Positions 27,052 to 36,789 of a DNA stretch of 49,017 nucleotides are shown one piece after another. The notes under the pieces were generated by a model. That model did no database searches, was not told the origin of the DNA, and saw only the letters and a program-made list of their open reading frames with translations. Position 1 is the first letter of the stretch. Each line of letters opens with the position of its first letter. The translations under genes and the position numbers were made by a program. This stretch comes from an uncultured Saprospiraceae bacterium (GTDB taxonomy: Bacteria > Bacteroidota > Bacteroidia > Chitinophagales > Saprospiraceae). The stretch is from NCBI GenBank assembly GCA_937928615.1, contig CALFWI010000063.1, forward strand, positions 1-49,017, given 5' to 3'.

Positions 27052-30000
27052 TTATTTTCTTAAAACTAACTGTTGCATTCGTTTCCTAAATAAAAACTGA
27101 GGTGTTTCACTATATAAACTTTGGTATAAAGTGAGTGCATTCTGGCGATAGTCTTCGTTGTCAGTCGCTATTTTATATAATTCAAAATAAATATCGGCTT
27201 CTTCTTTAGCTGCTCTTTGCTCTCTTAATAAAGCTTCTAGAATATTTTTGGCAGTAGCTGATTGTCCTTCTGCAAAAGCAACTCTTGCACCTAATATTTT
27301 GGCATCAAATACCAAATCTGGATTACCTAAGTTATTAGCAATTTTCAAGGCCTCTTCTTGCACCTCTTTCGCCTCCTGAATTTTGCCTTGTGCTACTAAT
27401 GGTTTACCTTTTTCTATTAAACTACTTCCTAAAACCAATCTGTTATTAATAGCACGAGTTACTTCAATAGCCAAATCGTAATAATTAACAGAGATTTCAA
27501 ATTGGTCTTTATAAAAATAAATATCGCCTAAGGTATTCACTGCCTTCGCAATTCCTTTTTTATAATTCAATTCTCGGCAATAAGCCAATTGTCGCTCTAA
27601 ATATTGAATGGCTTTATCAAACTCTCCTTTTACCGTATGTAAATCACCTATCAAACCTAGCGTAATGGCAATTCCTTGTTTATCGCCTAATTCTTCTACT
27701 AACTCTAAGTCCTTCTCAAAATGATGCATGGCTTCTGGATAATCCCCTTTGCGCTCATAAACACTTCCTATACAACCAATCGCAATAGCGGTTAATTGTT
27801 TATTGCCCAATTCCTTACTAAGTGCGAGTCCTTCTGTATAACATTTTAAGGCAGCATCATAAGCACCTTGTTCGAAATAAACAATGCCCATATTGGTATA
27901 CAGCGTTGCCATTCCCTGCTTATCTTTGGCTAATTTACAGATATCTAATTGAGATTGTTGCCAACGAATGCCTTCTTCATAATTGCCTCCATTCATATAG
28001 GTCAAGCCAAGATTCGCTACTATTTGTGCGTTTTCTGCGGTATAATCATACTCTTTACTTAATTGAATACTTTTGATAAAATATTCTTCCGCTTTTTTAT
28101 AACGACCTTGTCGGAAATATAGGTTGCCTAAATTTCCATACACTTTGAACATACCATAGCCATCATCTATTTTCTCAAAAAATTGAGTGGCTTTCTCTAA
28201 ATGTTTCTGCGCAGTAGTGTATTGCCCCTTTAGCATCAACAAATTTCCATAACTATTATGTGCTTGTCCTGCTCTTGCTGGATTATCTAAAGCTGGCGCT
28301 AATTTAATCGTGCTTTTTAATATTTTTTCACAGGCTTTCCACTCTCCAATTAATTCTAAAATTGCGGCTTTTTTTAATAAGGCTCTTACTAATTCCGCCC
28401 CATTATTTTTAGTCCCTTTTAAATTTTTAACCAGTTTATCATAAAGCGATAATGCCTGTTTATTCTGGAAATTTTTTCGGGCGTAATCCGCTGCTTTTCG
28501 AGTATACTCATTATGGCTATCTGTAGCATCTGCATGCTCATAATGAAAAGATAAATCTAAATATTTTTCGGGTAACCTATCCGCATATACTTTTTCAATC
28601 GCTTTCGCAATTAGAAAATGTAATTCTCTGAGCCGAGTCCGCAATTGCATTTCATAAACCGCTTCCCTTAATAAGGAGTGTTTAAAAATATAGCGCAATT
28701 CGTTCATTGCTCGCCAAATTTGTCCCTGTTCTGCTGTCTTTACTTGTTCTTTTAGAATATCTAATGCGCGATTGGTATCATCCGCTTCAAAAAGATGTTG
28801 CGAACGCATTACTTCTGTTAAAACAGGTAGTTCAAATTCTCGTCCTATTACTGCGGCGGCTTTGACAGTCTCTTTAACTAAAGCAGAAAGCCTATCGATT
28901 CTAGCCATCAAGACCGAATTAATTGAAGAAGAAACTTTAATGCTTTTATCTCTAATATGCCAAATTCCGTTATCCAATTCTAATAACCCACTTTCAGAAA
29001 AATATTCTAAAATTTGTTCTGCGTAAAAAGGGTTTCCGTTGGTAGAACGCATCAGTAATTCAAAAAACTCATTATCAATATCACCTTTCAAACGGTTGAC
29101 GACAAAAGCCCGTAAAGCTTCAGGTTGTAAAAATTTCAAATCAAAACTAACAGAAGCAATCGCATTTTCTTGAATCAATGCTTCTGAGACCAAAAGTGGT
29201 TTAGTGCCGTTGTCTTTATATCTAGAAGTCGCTAATAAACAGACTGGAGCATCTTTTAGTTGCCGAGTCATTTCCGCTAATAACTCTAACGAACTATCAT
29301 CAAACCAATGTCCATCTTCCAATTCAATTAAGATAGGTCGAATTAACGCCTCTGCCTTAAATATGGTAATAATCGCCGTTAGAATATTTTGGTAGCGACC
29401 TTTTGCATCCAATTGTTCCCAAAGTGAATCGGGATATTTAATGCCAATTTGAGCCGCTAAAATAGACCTCGTTCTAGATATTTCAAGGTAAACTTCTTTG
29501 GCTTCTGCGTCTTTAATTCTGCCGATATCATTGAGTAACCATTGAAATCGACGTTCAAAAGCAGTTTTATTATCTAGTTTAGAATTTTCGGGAGATTGCT
29601 CAAAGTAGTTTTTCAAAAAGAAAACGAATGGATTAAATGGTTTCTTTAAAATTTGGTCTGCCTGACAAGATAGCCAAGAAACAGTCCCTCTTTTTTGAAA
29701 ATATTTTTTTAGTTCAAAACTAATTCTACTCTTCCCTATTCCAGCCTCTCCATAAATATAAGCTAAGCCTGCTTTCTTACTCGTAAATATCTTTTTAGCA
29801 AAACTTCTTAACGCCTTTAGTTCAGCATCTCGTCCGACTATTTTTCCAGAGTAAACAGGCGCTTCACTTATGTTTCGTCCTTTCAATACATAAGTTGGTA
29901 CATCCCGCATGATGCCTTTATAGGATACATCTCCTTTATGCTTAAATCTAAAATTCCTGCTTTTTTGAATCTCTTTATCGACCAATACTTCCCCCCAATC

Positions 30001-31095
30001 CGCATCCATCATCAACCTAGCGGCCAAGTTGACTCTATTTCCAACAACGGCATATTGACATCTTTCCTCGCCCCCAACAATCCCAGCATAGGCAACCCCC
30101 GAGGTAATTCCTATCCTATAACGTAATCCTGATTTATTTTTTAAATTACTAACAGCATCTTGAATAGCACTGACTAATTCTAAGGCTCTTTCTGCATTAT
30201 TCTCAAAACTAACTGGTGCGCCAAAAAAACCAACCATGACACCGCCTTTATCCCCAAAGTCTACTTCTTTGAAATAACCAGAAAAATTATAAAATTCGTT
30301 AACGACCGTACTAACAAAACTATTTAAAATACGATGGTCACTCGCACCAGCAAAAGAAATAAAGACCGTGATAACAGACCTAAATTCTCCTTGTTGGTTG
30401 AATTTTATAACCGAATTAAGTAAAAAATTTTGAGCTACTTTAACAGATAAGGGTTTGTCTTTTTTGGTAGGATAGGCAATGTTTTTTTCTTCGCCGAAAT
30501 CTTTAATTAATTTATAGAAATTATTATTGATGGCTTTAAAATGACCATTCGAACTAACTAATTCGCCATGTAGGTGATTGACTACGATGATTTCTTGCTT
30601 TTCGGCGTAATGTTCACTCTCTGCACAATTATCGATGGCATCACCTCGAAAATAAAAAGACTTATGTGCTTTTTCGCCAACAATTCCCCACTCTACATTG
30701 CCACAAGCCAAACCTATTTTAATCCGAATTTCGAAATCCCCATACCGAGTTTTCCAAGTTTCTTTTTTATCGAATAAATCTCTTAATTCTTGAGCAGTTA
30801 ATATAATTTCCCAAGGATGCCGAACTTCATTCTTAGGAAAAATTGCCGTAAAAGCATCTCCTGCGAAATAAGGAATAAATCCATTTTTTCGGTAAACTAA
30901 GCTCACCATTGGTTCAAATACCCTATTGAGAATAATAGATAGCTCTTCCGCACCTTCATTACCCCGCTCCATAAACGTCTCCGTCATAGGCGTAAACCCT
31001 GATAGGTCAATAAACATCGTGTAAGCAGTAAAAAAACCATGGCTTTTTTGCTGTTCGAATTGATGTTGTATGAAGTATGGAATTAAGTTTTTCAA
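27052..31095 (-). CDS. Tandem class III adenylate/guanylate cyclase domains fused to an AAA_16/STAND-type ATPase and a TPR array
   Basis: 1347-aa ORF. CHD1 has FIDLSGFT, AGDAF and GDAIDNCAES. CHD2 has FISFAGAS, FGDKGG and VGNRVNLAARL. Walker A is GEAGIGKS (residues 449-456) and the Walker-B-like motif is LIELEDGHWFDD. The C-terminal ~450 aa are rich in TPR-like repeats (repeated A..Y/F..AL motifs). Confidence 0.85.
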   Translation of the reverse strand: MKNLIPYFIQHQFEQQKSHGFFTAYTMFIDLSGFTPMTETFMERGNEGAEELSIILNRVFEPMVSLVYRKNGFIPYFAGDAFTAIFPKNEVRHPWEIILTAQELRDLFDKKETWKTRYGDFEIRIKIGLACGNVEWGIVGEKAHKSFYFRGDAIDNCAESEHYAEKQEIIVVNHLHGELVSSNGHFKAINNNFYKLIKDFGEEKNIAYPTKKDKPLSVKVAQNFLLNSVIKFNQQGEFRSVITVFISFAGASDHRILNSFVSTVVNEFYNFSGYFKEVDFGDKGGVMVGFFGAPVSFENNAERALELVSAIQDAVSNLKNKSGLRYRIGITSGVAYAGIVGGEERCQYAVVGNRVNLAARLMMDADWGEVLVDKEIQKSRNFRFKHKGDVSYKGIMRDVPTYVLKGRNISEAPVYSGKIVGRDAELKALRSFAKKIFTSKKAGLAYIYGEAGIGKSRISFELKKYFQKRGTVSWLSCQADQILKKPFNPFVFFLKNYFEQSPENSKLDNKTAFERRFQWLLNDIGRIKDAEAKEVYLEISRTRSILAAQIGIKYPDSLWEQLDAKGRYQNILTAIITIFKAEALIRPILIELEDGHWFDDSSLELLAEMTRQLKDAPVCLLATSRYKDNGTKPLLVSEALIQENAIASVSFDLKFLQPEALRAFVVNRLKGDIDNEFFELLMRSTNGNPFYAEQILEYFSESGLLELDNGIWHIRDKSIKVSSSINSVLMARIDRLSALVKETVKAAAVIGREFELPVLTEVMRSQHLFEADDTNRALDILKEQVKTAEQGQIWRAMNELRYIFKHSLLREAVYEMQLRTRLRELHFLIAKAIEKVYADRLPEKYLDLSFHYEHADATDSHNEYTRKAADYARKNFQNKQALSLYDKLVKNLKGTKNNGAELVRALLKKAAILELIGEWKACEKILKSTIKLAPALDNPARAGQAHNSYGNLLMLKGQYTTAQKHLEKATQFFEKIDDGYGMFKVYGNLGNLYFRQGRYKKAEEYFIKSIQLSKEYDYTAENAQIVANLGLTYMNGGNYEEGIRWQQSQLDICKLAKDKQGMATLYTNMGIVYFEQGAYDAALKCYTEGLALSKELGNKQLTAIAIGCIGSVYERKGDYPEAMHHFEKDLELVEELGDKQGIAITLGLIGDLHTVKGEFDKAIQYLERQLAYCRELNYKKGIAKAVNTLGDIYFYKDQFEISVNYYDLAIEVTRAINNRLVLGSSLIEKGKPLVAQGKIQEAKEVQEEALKIANNLGNPDLVFDAKILGARVAFAEGQSATAKNILEALLREQRAAKEEADIYFELYKIATDNEDYRQNALTLYQSLYSETPQFLFRKRMQQLVLRK

Positions 31096-31504
31096 GGTTG
31101 TTAAATTTTCTCGTATGTTTGGGTGGTTATTTTAAAATTACTTAATAGCGTTTTAAAAAATAAATTTACAAATAATTACTGATGTTAGCGTGTTTTTTTG
31201 TCATAATAAACAAAGGGAAATTATTATCATCTGTTACAAAAAGTAGCTTTCAAAGCAATTATTTCCCTTCAAGTAACTGAAAAACAAGTGAAAAAATTTT
31301 AGTTTAATTAGTAATTTTATCATTAACATCACTTATTTCTTATTTTTCTTTTTTATTAAAAATCAAAAAACTACTAGTGTAAACCACTGAGTCGTTACTT
31401 CTAACTAAAAAAACGTCTTATCAGTAGGTCAAGTTTAATCAATTTTTTCATTCTTTCTAACAATTTTTCTAATTTTATCACATCAATTCACTCAAATAGA
31501 AATC

Positions 31505-32023
31505 ATGTCATCATTAAAAGATAATTTCGACCAAAAAAAAGACGCAATAGGCAAAGCCTACGATAATAAAAAAAAGGAAATTCAAACCGATATTGCAGAA
31601 ACTAAGCAAAGTATCAGTAAAGGGGTAGCAACTAGTAAAAAAGTCGTCAGCAATTTTGTTAGAAAATTAATTTGGTCTGTCGTCATATTGGGCATACTTG
31701 CAGGTATTGGATATTTGATATTTGCCAATATGAATTATAGTGTAGGAAGTCGTGCAGGAGAATTAATCAAAATTTCTGAAAAAGGGGTGGTCTTCAAAAC
31801 ATATGAAGGACAAGTCAGTTTAGGCGGCTTAACAATGACCAATAATGGGAATGACGCAAATATTGGCAATGTCTGGGAATTTTCTGTCACAGACCGAGAA
31901 GTCTTTGAAAGAATGGATAAATTAAGAGGTAAAAAAGTAATTCTAACTTATAAAGAAAAATATCGGTCTTTACCTTGGCGTGGAGATACAAAATATTTGG
32001 TTACTGATGTTCAACCGAATTAA
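31505..32023 (+). CDS. Hypothetical single-pass membrane protein
   Basis: 172-aa ORF. Charged N-terminus, one TM helix (LIWSVVILGILAGIGYLIFA) and a C-terminal ~95-aa globular part. A clear terminator follows. Confidence 0.6.
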   Translation: MSSLKDNFDQKKDAIGKAYDNKKKEIQTDIAETKQSISKGVATSKKVVSNFVRKLIWSVVILGILAGIGYLIFANMNYSVGSRAGELIKISEKGVVFKTYEGQVSLGGLTMTNNGNDANIGNVWEFSVTDREVFERMDKLRGKKVILTYKEKYRSLPWRGDTKYLVTDVQPN

Positions 32024-32045
32024 ATTGAGGGTTAATCTGTTTTAA

Positions 32046-32084
32046 TAAAAAAGCCCAGTTACACTAAGTAGCTGGGCTTTTTTT
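32046..32084. terminator. Intrinsic terminator (bidirectional geometry)
   Basis: AGCCCAGTTAC / GTAGCTGGGCT forms an 11-bp stem (one G-U pair) with a 5-nt loop. It is preceded by an A-run and followed by a T-run. It lies 23 nt after the stop of the 31505..32023 gene. Confidence 0.7.
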
Positions 32085-32244
32085 ATATATTTAGTTAAGT
32101 GCGAGACTGTTCAATTAACTGTGTTTGCACAAAATTTCAGGTTTGAAAATCAAGGGCTTAACTGTCTACTGCTTACTGTCGTAAGCGCTTGTGGGAAATT
32201 TACCCTTTGGACTGAAGACAAATGGCCAACAAGCTCCAACGGTA

Positions 32245-33999
32245 TTATTCCGCTACCTCTTCTTCCTCTTTCTGCTGATTTACCTCAGGCTTCATTTGTG
32301 GGAAGAATAATACTTCTTGAATGGAACTTTGATTCGTTAACATCATCGTCAAACGGTCGATGCCAATACCTAAACCAGAGGTTGGTGGCATCCCATATTC
32401 CAATGCTCGTAAGAAATCTTCATCTAAAACCATTGCCTCATCATCTCCTCTAGCGGCTAATTTCAATTGGTCCTCGAAACGTTCTCGTTGGTCAATTGGG
32501 TCATTTAATTCCGAATAAGCATTCGCAATTTCCTTTCCATTGACAAATAACTCAAAACGTTCTACCAAACCTTCTTCCGTTCGATGTTTTTTCGCCAGCG
32601 GCGTCATCTCGATTGGATAATCGGTAATATAAGTTGGTTGAATTAAATAGTCTTCTACTTTTGCACCGAAAATTTCATCTACCAACTTTCCTTTACCCAT
32701 CGTATTATCCGTCTCGATGTGCAATTGTTTACAAATCGCCCGAAGCCCCGCTTCATCCATTTTAGACACATCAATCCCCGTATATTCTTTGATAGAATCG
32801 TACATACTCAATCGCCGATATGGTGGAGTAAAATCAATCGTATTTTCACCAACTTGGGCAATGAGCGTCCCATTTACTTCCTGCGCAATATAAGCAATAC
32901 AGTTTTCTACCATCTCCATCATCCAAATGTAGTCCTTATAGGCTACATAAATTTCCATGGAAGTGAATTCTGGATTATGCGTTCTGTCCATCCCTTCATT
33001 TCGGAACATTTTTCCGATTTCATAAACCCCATCGAAACCACCAACTATCAGTCGTTTTAGGTACAACTCATTGGCGATACGCATGTACAATGGCATATCC
33101 AAAGTATTGTGATGCGTATCAAAAGGTCGTGCCGCAGCTCCTCCATGAATCGGTTGTAAAATCGGTGTTTCTACTTCCAACCAACCTTTTTCATCGAAAA
33201 ATGTTCGCATAGATTTAATCACCTTTGACCGCTTTAGGAAAATTTCCTTAACGGAAGGATTGACGGTTAAATCTACATAACGTTGTCTGTACCTTAATTC
33301 TGGGTCCTTGAATTCATCATAAATATTCCCTTGCTTATCTCGCTTTACAATTGGTAATGGTTTTAAGGATTTACCTAAGAAATTCAATTCTTGGACATGT
33401 ACGGAAACTTCCCCTGTTTGAGAAGAAAATAAATAGCCCTTTACGCCAATAAAATCCCCAATATGTAATTGCTTAACTAAAGCATTGATTTTTAATTGTT
33501 CCTCCTCTGTCTCTCCAATGGTCCCTTTCTTAATGTATAATTGCATCCGTCCTTCCGAATCTTGCAATTTGGCGAATGGGCCTCTTTGTCCCATAAAACG
33601 ACCTGCAATATGTACTTCTGGAAACTTTTCTGGCTTATAATCGCCCATTGCTGCTACTCTCAACCCGCCAACAAATTCTTCCAAAGTCGTCGCAGTATGC
33701 GTTACACCTGCATCAAATTCAATCGCTTCTGTTAATCCTAAATCTGCTTCCAATAAAGCCGATACTCTAAATTTGTTTTTTGTCAATAACGCTGCAATCT
33801 GTTTGGCTTTAACTGCGCCAACTCCTTTTAATTTTTCAATCTCTTTGACCAAATTAGCCAAGAATTCAACTGATGTAAACTCAGTTGTTTTAAAATTAAC
33901 TTTAACTTCCGCAGCGGGAAAAGGGTTAATGCCTAAATCCTTTATTTTTTGTAAGGATTCCCGTCTGACCAACTCCTGTTCGCTTAAATTATTTGACAT
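32245..33999 (-). CDS. lysS: Lysine--tRNA ligase, class II, with an extended N-terminal region
   Basis: 584-aa ORF. Class II motifs ([37 protein letters not shown]) and the OB-fold anticodon-binding region ([12 protein letters not shown]). Confidence 0.92.
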   Translation of the reverse strand: MSNNLSEQELVRRESLQKIKDLGINPFPAAEVKVNFKTTEFTSVEFLANLVKEIEKLKGVGAVKAKQIAALLTKNKFRVSALLEADLGLTEAIEFDAGVTHTATTLEEFVGGLRVAAMGDYKPEKFPEVHIAGRFMGQRGPFAKLQDSEGRMQLYIKKGTIGETEEEQLKINALVKQLHIGDFIGVKGYLFSSQTGEVSVHVQELNFLGKSLKPLPIVKRDKQGNIYDEFKDPELRYRQRYVDLTVNPSVKEIFLKRSKVIKSMRTFFDEKGWLEVETPILQPIHGGAAARPFDTHHNTLDMPLYMRIANELYLKRLIVGGFDGVYEIGKMFRNEGMDRTHNPEFTSMEIYVAYKDYIWMMEMVENCIAYIAQEVNGTLIAQVGENTIDFTPPYRRLSMYDSIKEYTGIDVSKMDEAGLRAICKQLHIETDNTMGKGKLVDEIFGAKVEDYLIQPTYITDYPIEMTPLAKKHRTEEGLVERFELFVNGKEIANAYSELNDPIDQRERFEDQLKLAARGDDEAMVLDEDFLRALEYGMPPTSGLGIGIDRLTMMLTNQSSIQEVLFFPQMKPEVNQQKEEEEVAE

Positions 34000-34471
34000 G
34001 TTAACTGATTGGTTGAATAATTACTAGTTAATTTCCCTAAAGAAAAGTACCAATTTCGAAAAAATGGACCATTTAACTAGCAAATTGCTTTAAAAGACCG
34101 CAAAAATAGCGGTATTTAGAAAAACTTACGAAAGAATCAAAAAGTTTCTTCTGTTATCAATCAGAATACTAGTTATTTGTTCTTTAGAAACAATATTTTT
34201 CAATAAATAAAAGTAATTATTGAGCTGCTATCAGTAAATTTCCCTCTACTCGCTTCAAAAATAATAGGCACTCTAACAAATTCAGTGAAAACGTTGATGC
34301 AATTCCACGCTTTTAAGCCCCATCCCCTTTTCGGTTCAACTGTACGGATTCTTCTTTTGTTAGAAAAAGAAGTTGAACTTAAATCCATCACTACTGGCTT
34401 CGATGCATATCGGAGGGATTTGTCAAAACACGAAATAATATTTCAAACCATACGTTTTGTTTAGGATTAAA

Positions 34472-34530
34472 GTAATTAGTATTTAGTCATTCATCAACTG
34501 ATGACTAATAACTAATGACTTCATCAACTG
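34472..34530 (+). repeat. Tandem-word hairpin (TTAGTNN words) with a duplicated loop sequence
   Basis: GTAATTAGTATTTAGTCAT (34472-34490) pairs with ATGACTAATAACTAATGAC (34501-34519) in 16 of 19 positions. The loop TCATCAACTG (34491-34500) is repeated exactly at 34521-34530. The element ends 19 nt before the ATG at 34550. Confidence 0.7.
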
Positions 34531-34549
34531 CATTAACAAAACAACAAGA

Positions 34550-35551
34550 ATGGTAAAAATAGGCTTACTGGGTGTTGGTCACCTAGGAAAGATACATTTA
34601 AAATGCCTGCAAAGTATTGAGACAATCACTATCTCTGGGTTTTACGACCCAGATGATAAGGCAGCACAACAAATATTAGAAACTTACCCGCAACTACAAC
34701 GATTTGATTCCGTTGCCAGCTTAATCGACCAATCAGATGCTTTAGATATTGTTACGCCAACTGTTACCCATTTTGAATTAGCTGCGGCGGCTATCCAAGC
34801 GGGTAAACATGTTTTCATTGAAAAACCGTTAACGCACACCTTAGCCGAAGCAAAAACATTGGTTGCCTTAGCACAAGAAAAAGCCGTCAAAGTACAAGTC
34901 GGTTATGTAGAACGGTTCAACCCTGCCTTCTTATCCATTCAAACTATTCCACTCAATCCATTATTTATTGAAGCCCATCGGTTGGCCATGTTTAATCCGA
35001 GAGGAACGGATGTTTCGGTTGTTTTAGATTTAATGGTACATGACTTGGATTTGATTTTGAATCTTGTCAAAGCGCCTTTGATATCGGTGGAAGCTAGTGG
35101 TGTTGCAGTTGTCAGTCGTTCTCCTGATATTGCCAATGCTCGATTAGAATTTGAAAATGGGGCCGTCGCAAATTTAACTGCTAGTAGGATTTCTATGAAA
35201 CAGATGCGTAAATTGCGACTTTTTCAAAAAGACGCTTATATTAGTTTAGATTTATTGGATAAACAAGCACAAGTCATTCAACTATTCGGCGAAACAGATA
35301 AAGATAAAATTACCAATGGTAATTTATTATCCTTAGCAACTGAAGAAGGCAAAAAATACATTAATATAGCGCAACCTAAAGCCATACCAACCAATGCTAT
35401 CGAAATGGAATTAAGGGCTTTTGCAAGTGCTATTTTAGCGGATAAAAAAACAGAGGTAACCATAGAAGAGGGGTATCAAACTTTACAAGTGGCACATCAA
35501 ATAATTGAAAAGATAAATGAAAGGGCTGCTATTGCTAGTTCTTTTTTGTAG
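34550..35551 (+). CDS. Gfo/Idh/MocA family NAD(P)-dependent oxidoreductase
   Basis: 333-aa ORF. N-terminal Rossmann motif KIGLLGVGHLG, an EKP motif (HVFIEKPL) and a C-terminal alpha/beta domain typical of the family. Confidence 0.8.
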   Translation: MVKIGLLGVGHLGKIHLKCLQSIETITISGFYDPDDKAAQQILETYPQLQRFDSVASLIDQSDALDIVTPTVTHFELAAAAIQAGKHVFIEKPLTHTLAEAKTLVALAQEKAVKVQVGYVERFNPAFLSIQTIPLNPLFIEAHRLAMFNPRGTDVSVVLDLMVHDLDLILNLVKAPLISVEASGVAVVSRSPDIANARLEFENGAVANLTASRISMKQMRKLRLFQKDAYISLDLLDKQAQVIQLFGETDKDKITNGNLLSLATEEGKKYINIAQPKAIPTNAIEMELRAFASAILADKKTEVTIEEGYQTLQVAHQIIEKINERAAIASSFL

Positions 35552-35596
35552 TAGATTGCCTTTTAAATTTTATACATCAAAAAGATTATTTATATC

Positions 35597-35757
35597 GTGA
35601 TGAAGCTACGCTCCTTAAGAAACAAAAGAACGTTTAGCAATTTCTACAGACGGTTTCGGAGCGATGCTCCTTAATTTTTACTAAAAGAGCATCGCTCTGA
35701 CCCCGTCTGTAGGAATAACGAGTCCAGAATTCCTAGTAAGGAGCGTAGCTTCGTCAC
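35597..35757. repeat. 161-nt three-tier nested hairpin element (structured RNA or MITE-like)
   Basis: Outer stem is 35597-35617 with 35737-35757 (21 positions: 20 complementary, plus one T opposite G that would be a G-U pair in RNA). Middle stem is CTACAGACGG (35644-35653) with CCGTCTGTAG (35703-35712). Inner stem is GAGCGATGCTC (35659-35669) with GAGCATCGCTC (35687-35697). Confidence 0.8.
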
Positions 35758-35838
35758 TACACAAAATAAATTAAAATCTTTTAGCGATTAATATTATAAA
35801 TTATATGATTTCATAGGCTAAAAATTAGATAAACAAAA

Positions 35839-36789
35839 ATGGTTCAAAAAACCGTCAAAAAAATAAGGCATATTTCTAGCTCTCGTAAAGCTCGTTGGTT
35901 AATCTCTCCGTTTATAGATTTACCAAATTTTAAGAATTTAGCCAATCTTACGTTTATGCTAATGCTTTGCTGCATTAGCGCTTGTGATATAGCCAATCCA
36001 GCAGAAGCTTTACCTGCCTATTTAAAAATAGAAAGATTTGAATTTTCAACAAATCCAAAACAAGGAGCTGCTTCTGAACAAATAACTGACGTTTGGATAT
36101 TTGTCAATGACCTCTCGCTTGGTATTTATGAATTACCTGCCACCATTCCCTCCTTAGATGTAGGCAACCAAAATGTAACCATTTTTCCAGTTATTAGAGA
36201 AAATGGCGTTCGAAGTACGCCTATTATTTATCCTTTTTATAATCGTTTTGAGACAAACGTTGATTTAATCGTTGGTGAAACGGTCACAATTCAACCTACT
36301 ACTACTTATGTGGATAATGCTATTTTTGAACTAGTTGAAGATTTTAATTCGACTGGGCATTTATTGAGTGGAGGCGATGCAAATGCAGTAACGGTAGTTG
36401 ATGGTTTCGGTGAAATTTTATTAGGAACTGAAGCAACTATTGAATTTACTTCTACCCGTACGCTTCTTGATTTACCTATCAATAATGGTTTAGCCGTTTT
36501 TGTAGAATTTGACTATAAAACTAATGTAGAACTTGAAGTCGGCTTAGTAGGTCTCGACCCAAGTACAACCAATCCTGTCAATTCAACGATTTATAATGTT
36601 GTACTATGCCCAATTAATCGTTGGAATAAGGTTTATATTAATATGCAAGAACTTTTAGCTGTCTCTCAGTTACCTGGTTATAGATTAGCTTTCAGAGCAT
36701 CTACTAATGATACTGGCTGTGGAATTGTAACGAATGACACTCCAGCAGTTTCCATTGATAATATTAAATTTATCCGTTTAACTAATTGA
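35839..36789 (+). CDS. Hypothetical lipoprotein, translationally coupled to the downstream sugar transferase
   Basis: 316-aa ORF. A more likely start is the ATG at 35956 (MLMLCCISAC, lipobox-like). Its stop overlaps the TTG start of the next gene by 4 nt. Confidence 0.6.
   Translation: MVQKTVKKIRHISSSRKARWLISPFIDLPNFKNLANLTFMLMLCCISACDIANPAEALPAYLKIERFEFSTNPKQGAASEQITDVWIFVNDLSLGIYELPATIPSLDVGNQNVTIFPVIRENGVRSTPIIYPFYNRFETNVDLIVGETVTIQPTTTYVDNAIFELVEDFNSTGHLLSGGDANAVTVVDGFGEILLGTEATIEFTSTRTLLDLPINNGLAVFVEFDYKTNVELEVGLVGLDPSTTNPVNSTIYNVVLCPINRWNKVYINMQELLAVSQLPGYRLAFRASTNDTGCGIVTNDTPAVSIDNIKFIRLTN

Noticed and set aside
25938-31095. Cyclase-STAND-TPR gene plus neighbour considered as a Pycsar/CBASS-like or Avs-like anti-phage system
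   Set aside because: There is no adjacent effector with a cyclic-nucleotide-binding, TIR, nuclease or pore-forming domain. There are no other defence genes or mobile-element context nearby. This architecture is common in ordinary signalling repertoires. I kept it only as a biochemical curiosity.
32121-32453. 110-aa + strand ORF between the terminator at 32046-32084 and lysS
   Set aside because: Two thirds of it overlaps the well-supported 3' end of lysS on the opposite strand. It has a GTG start and no motifs.
34334-34378. Stem-bulge-stem hairpin (GTTCAA..CTTCTTTT GTTAGA AAAAGAAG TTGAAC) and nearby GGATT/AATCC pairings in the lysS-oxidoreductase spacer, considered as an ncRNA
   Set aside because: The stems are short and AT-rich and there is no flanking T-run. 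It matches no RNA family I know. It also overlaps a dubious 63-aa ORF (34200..34391). The evidence is insufficient without conservation or expression data.
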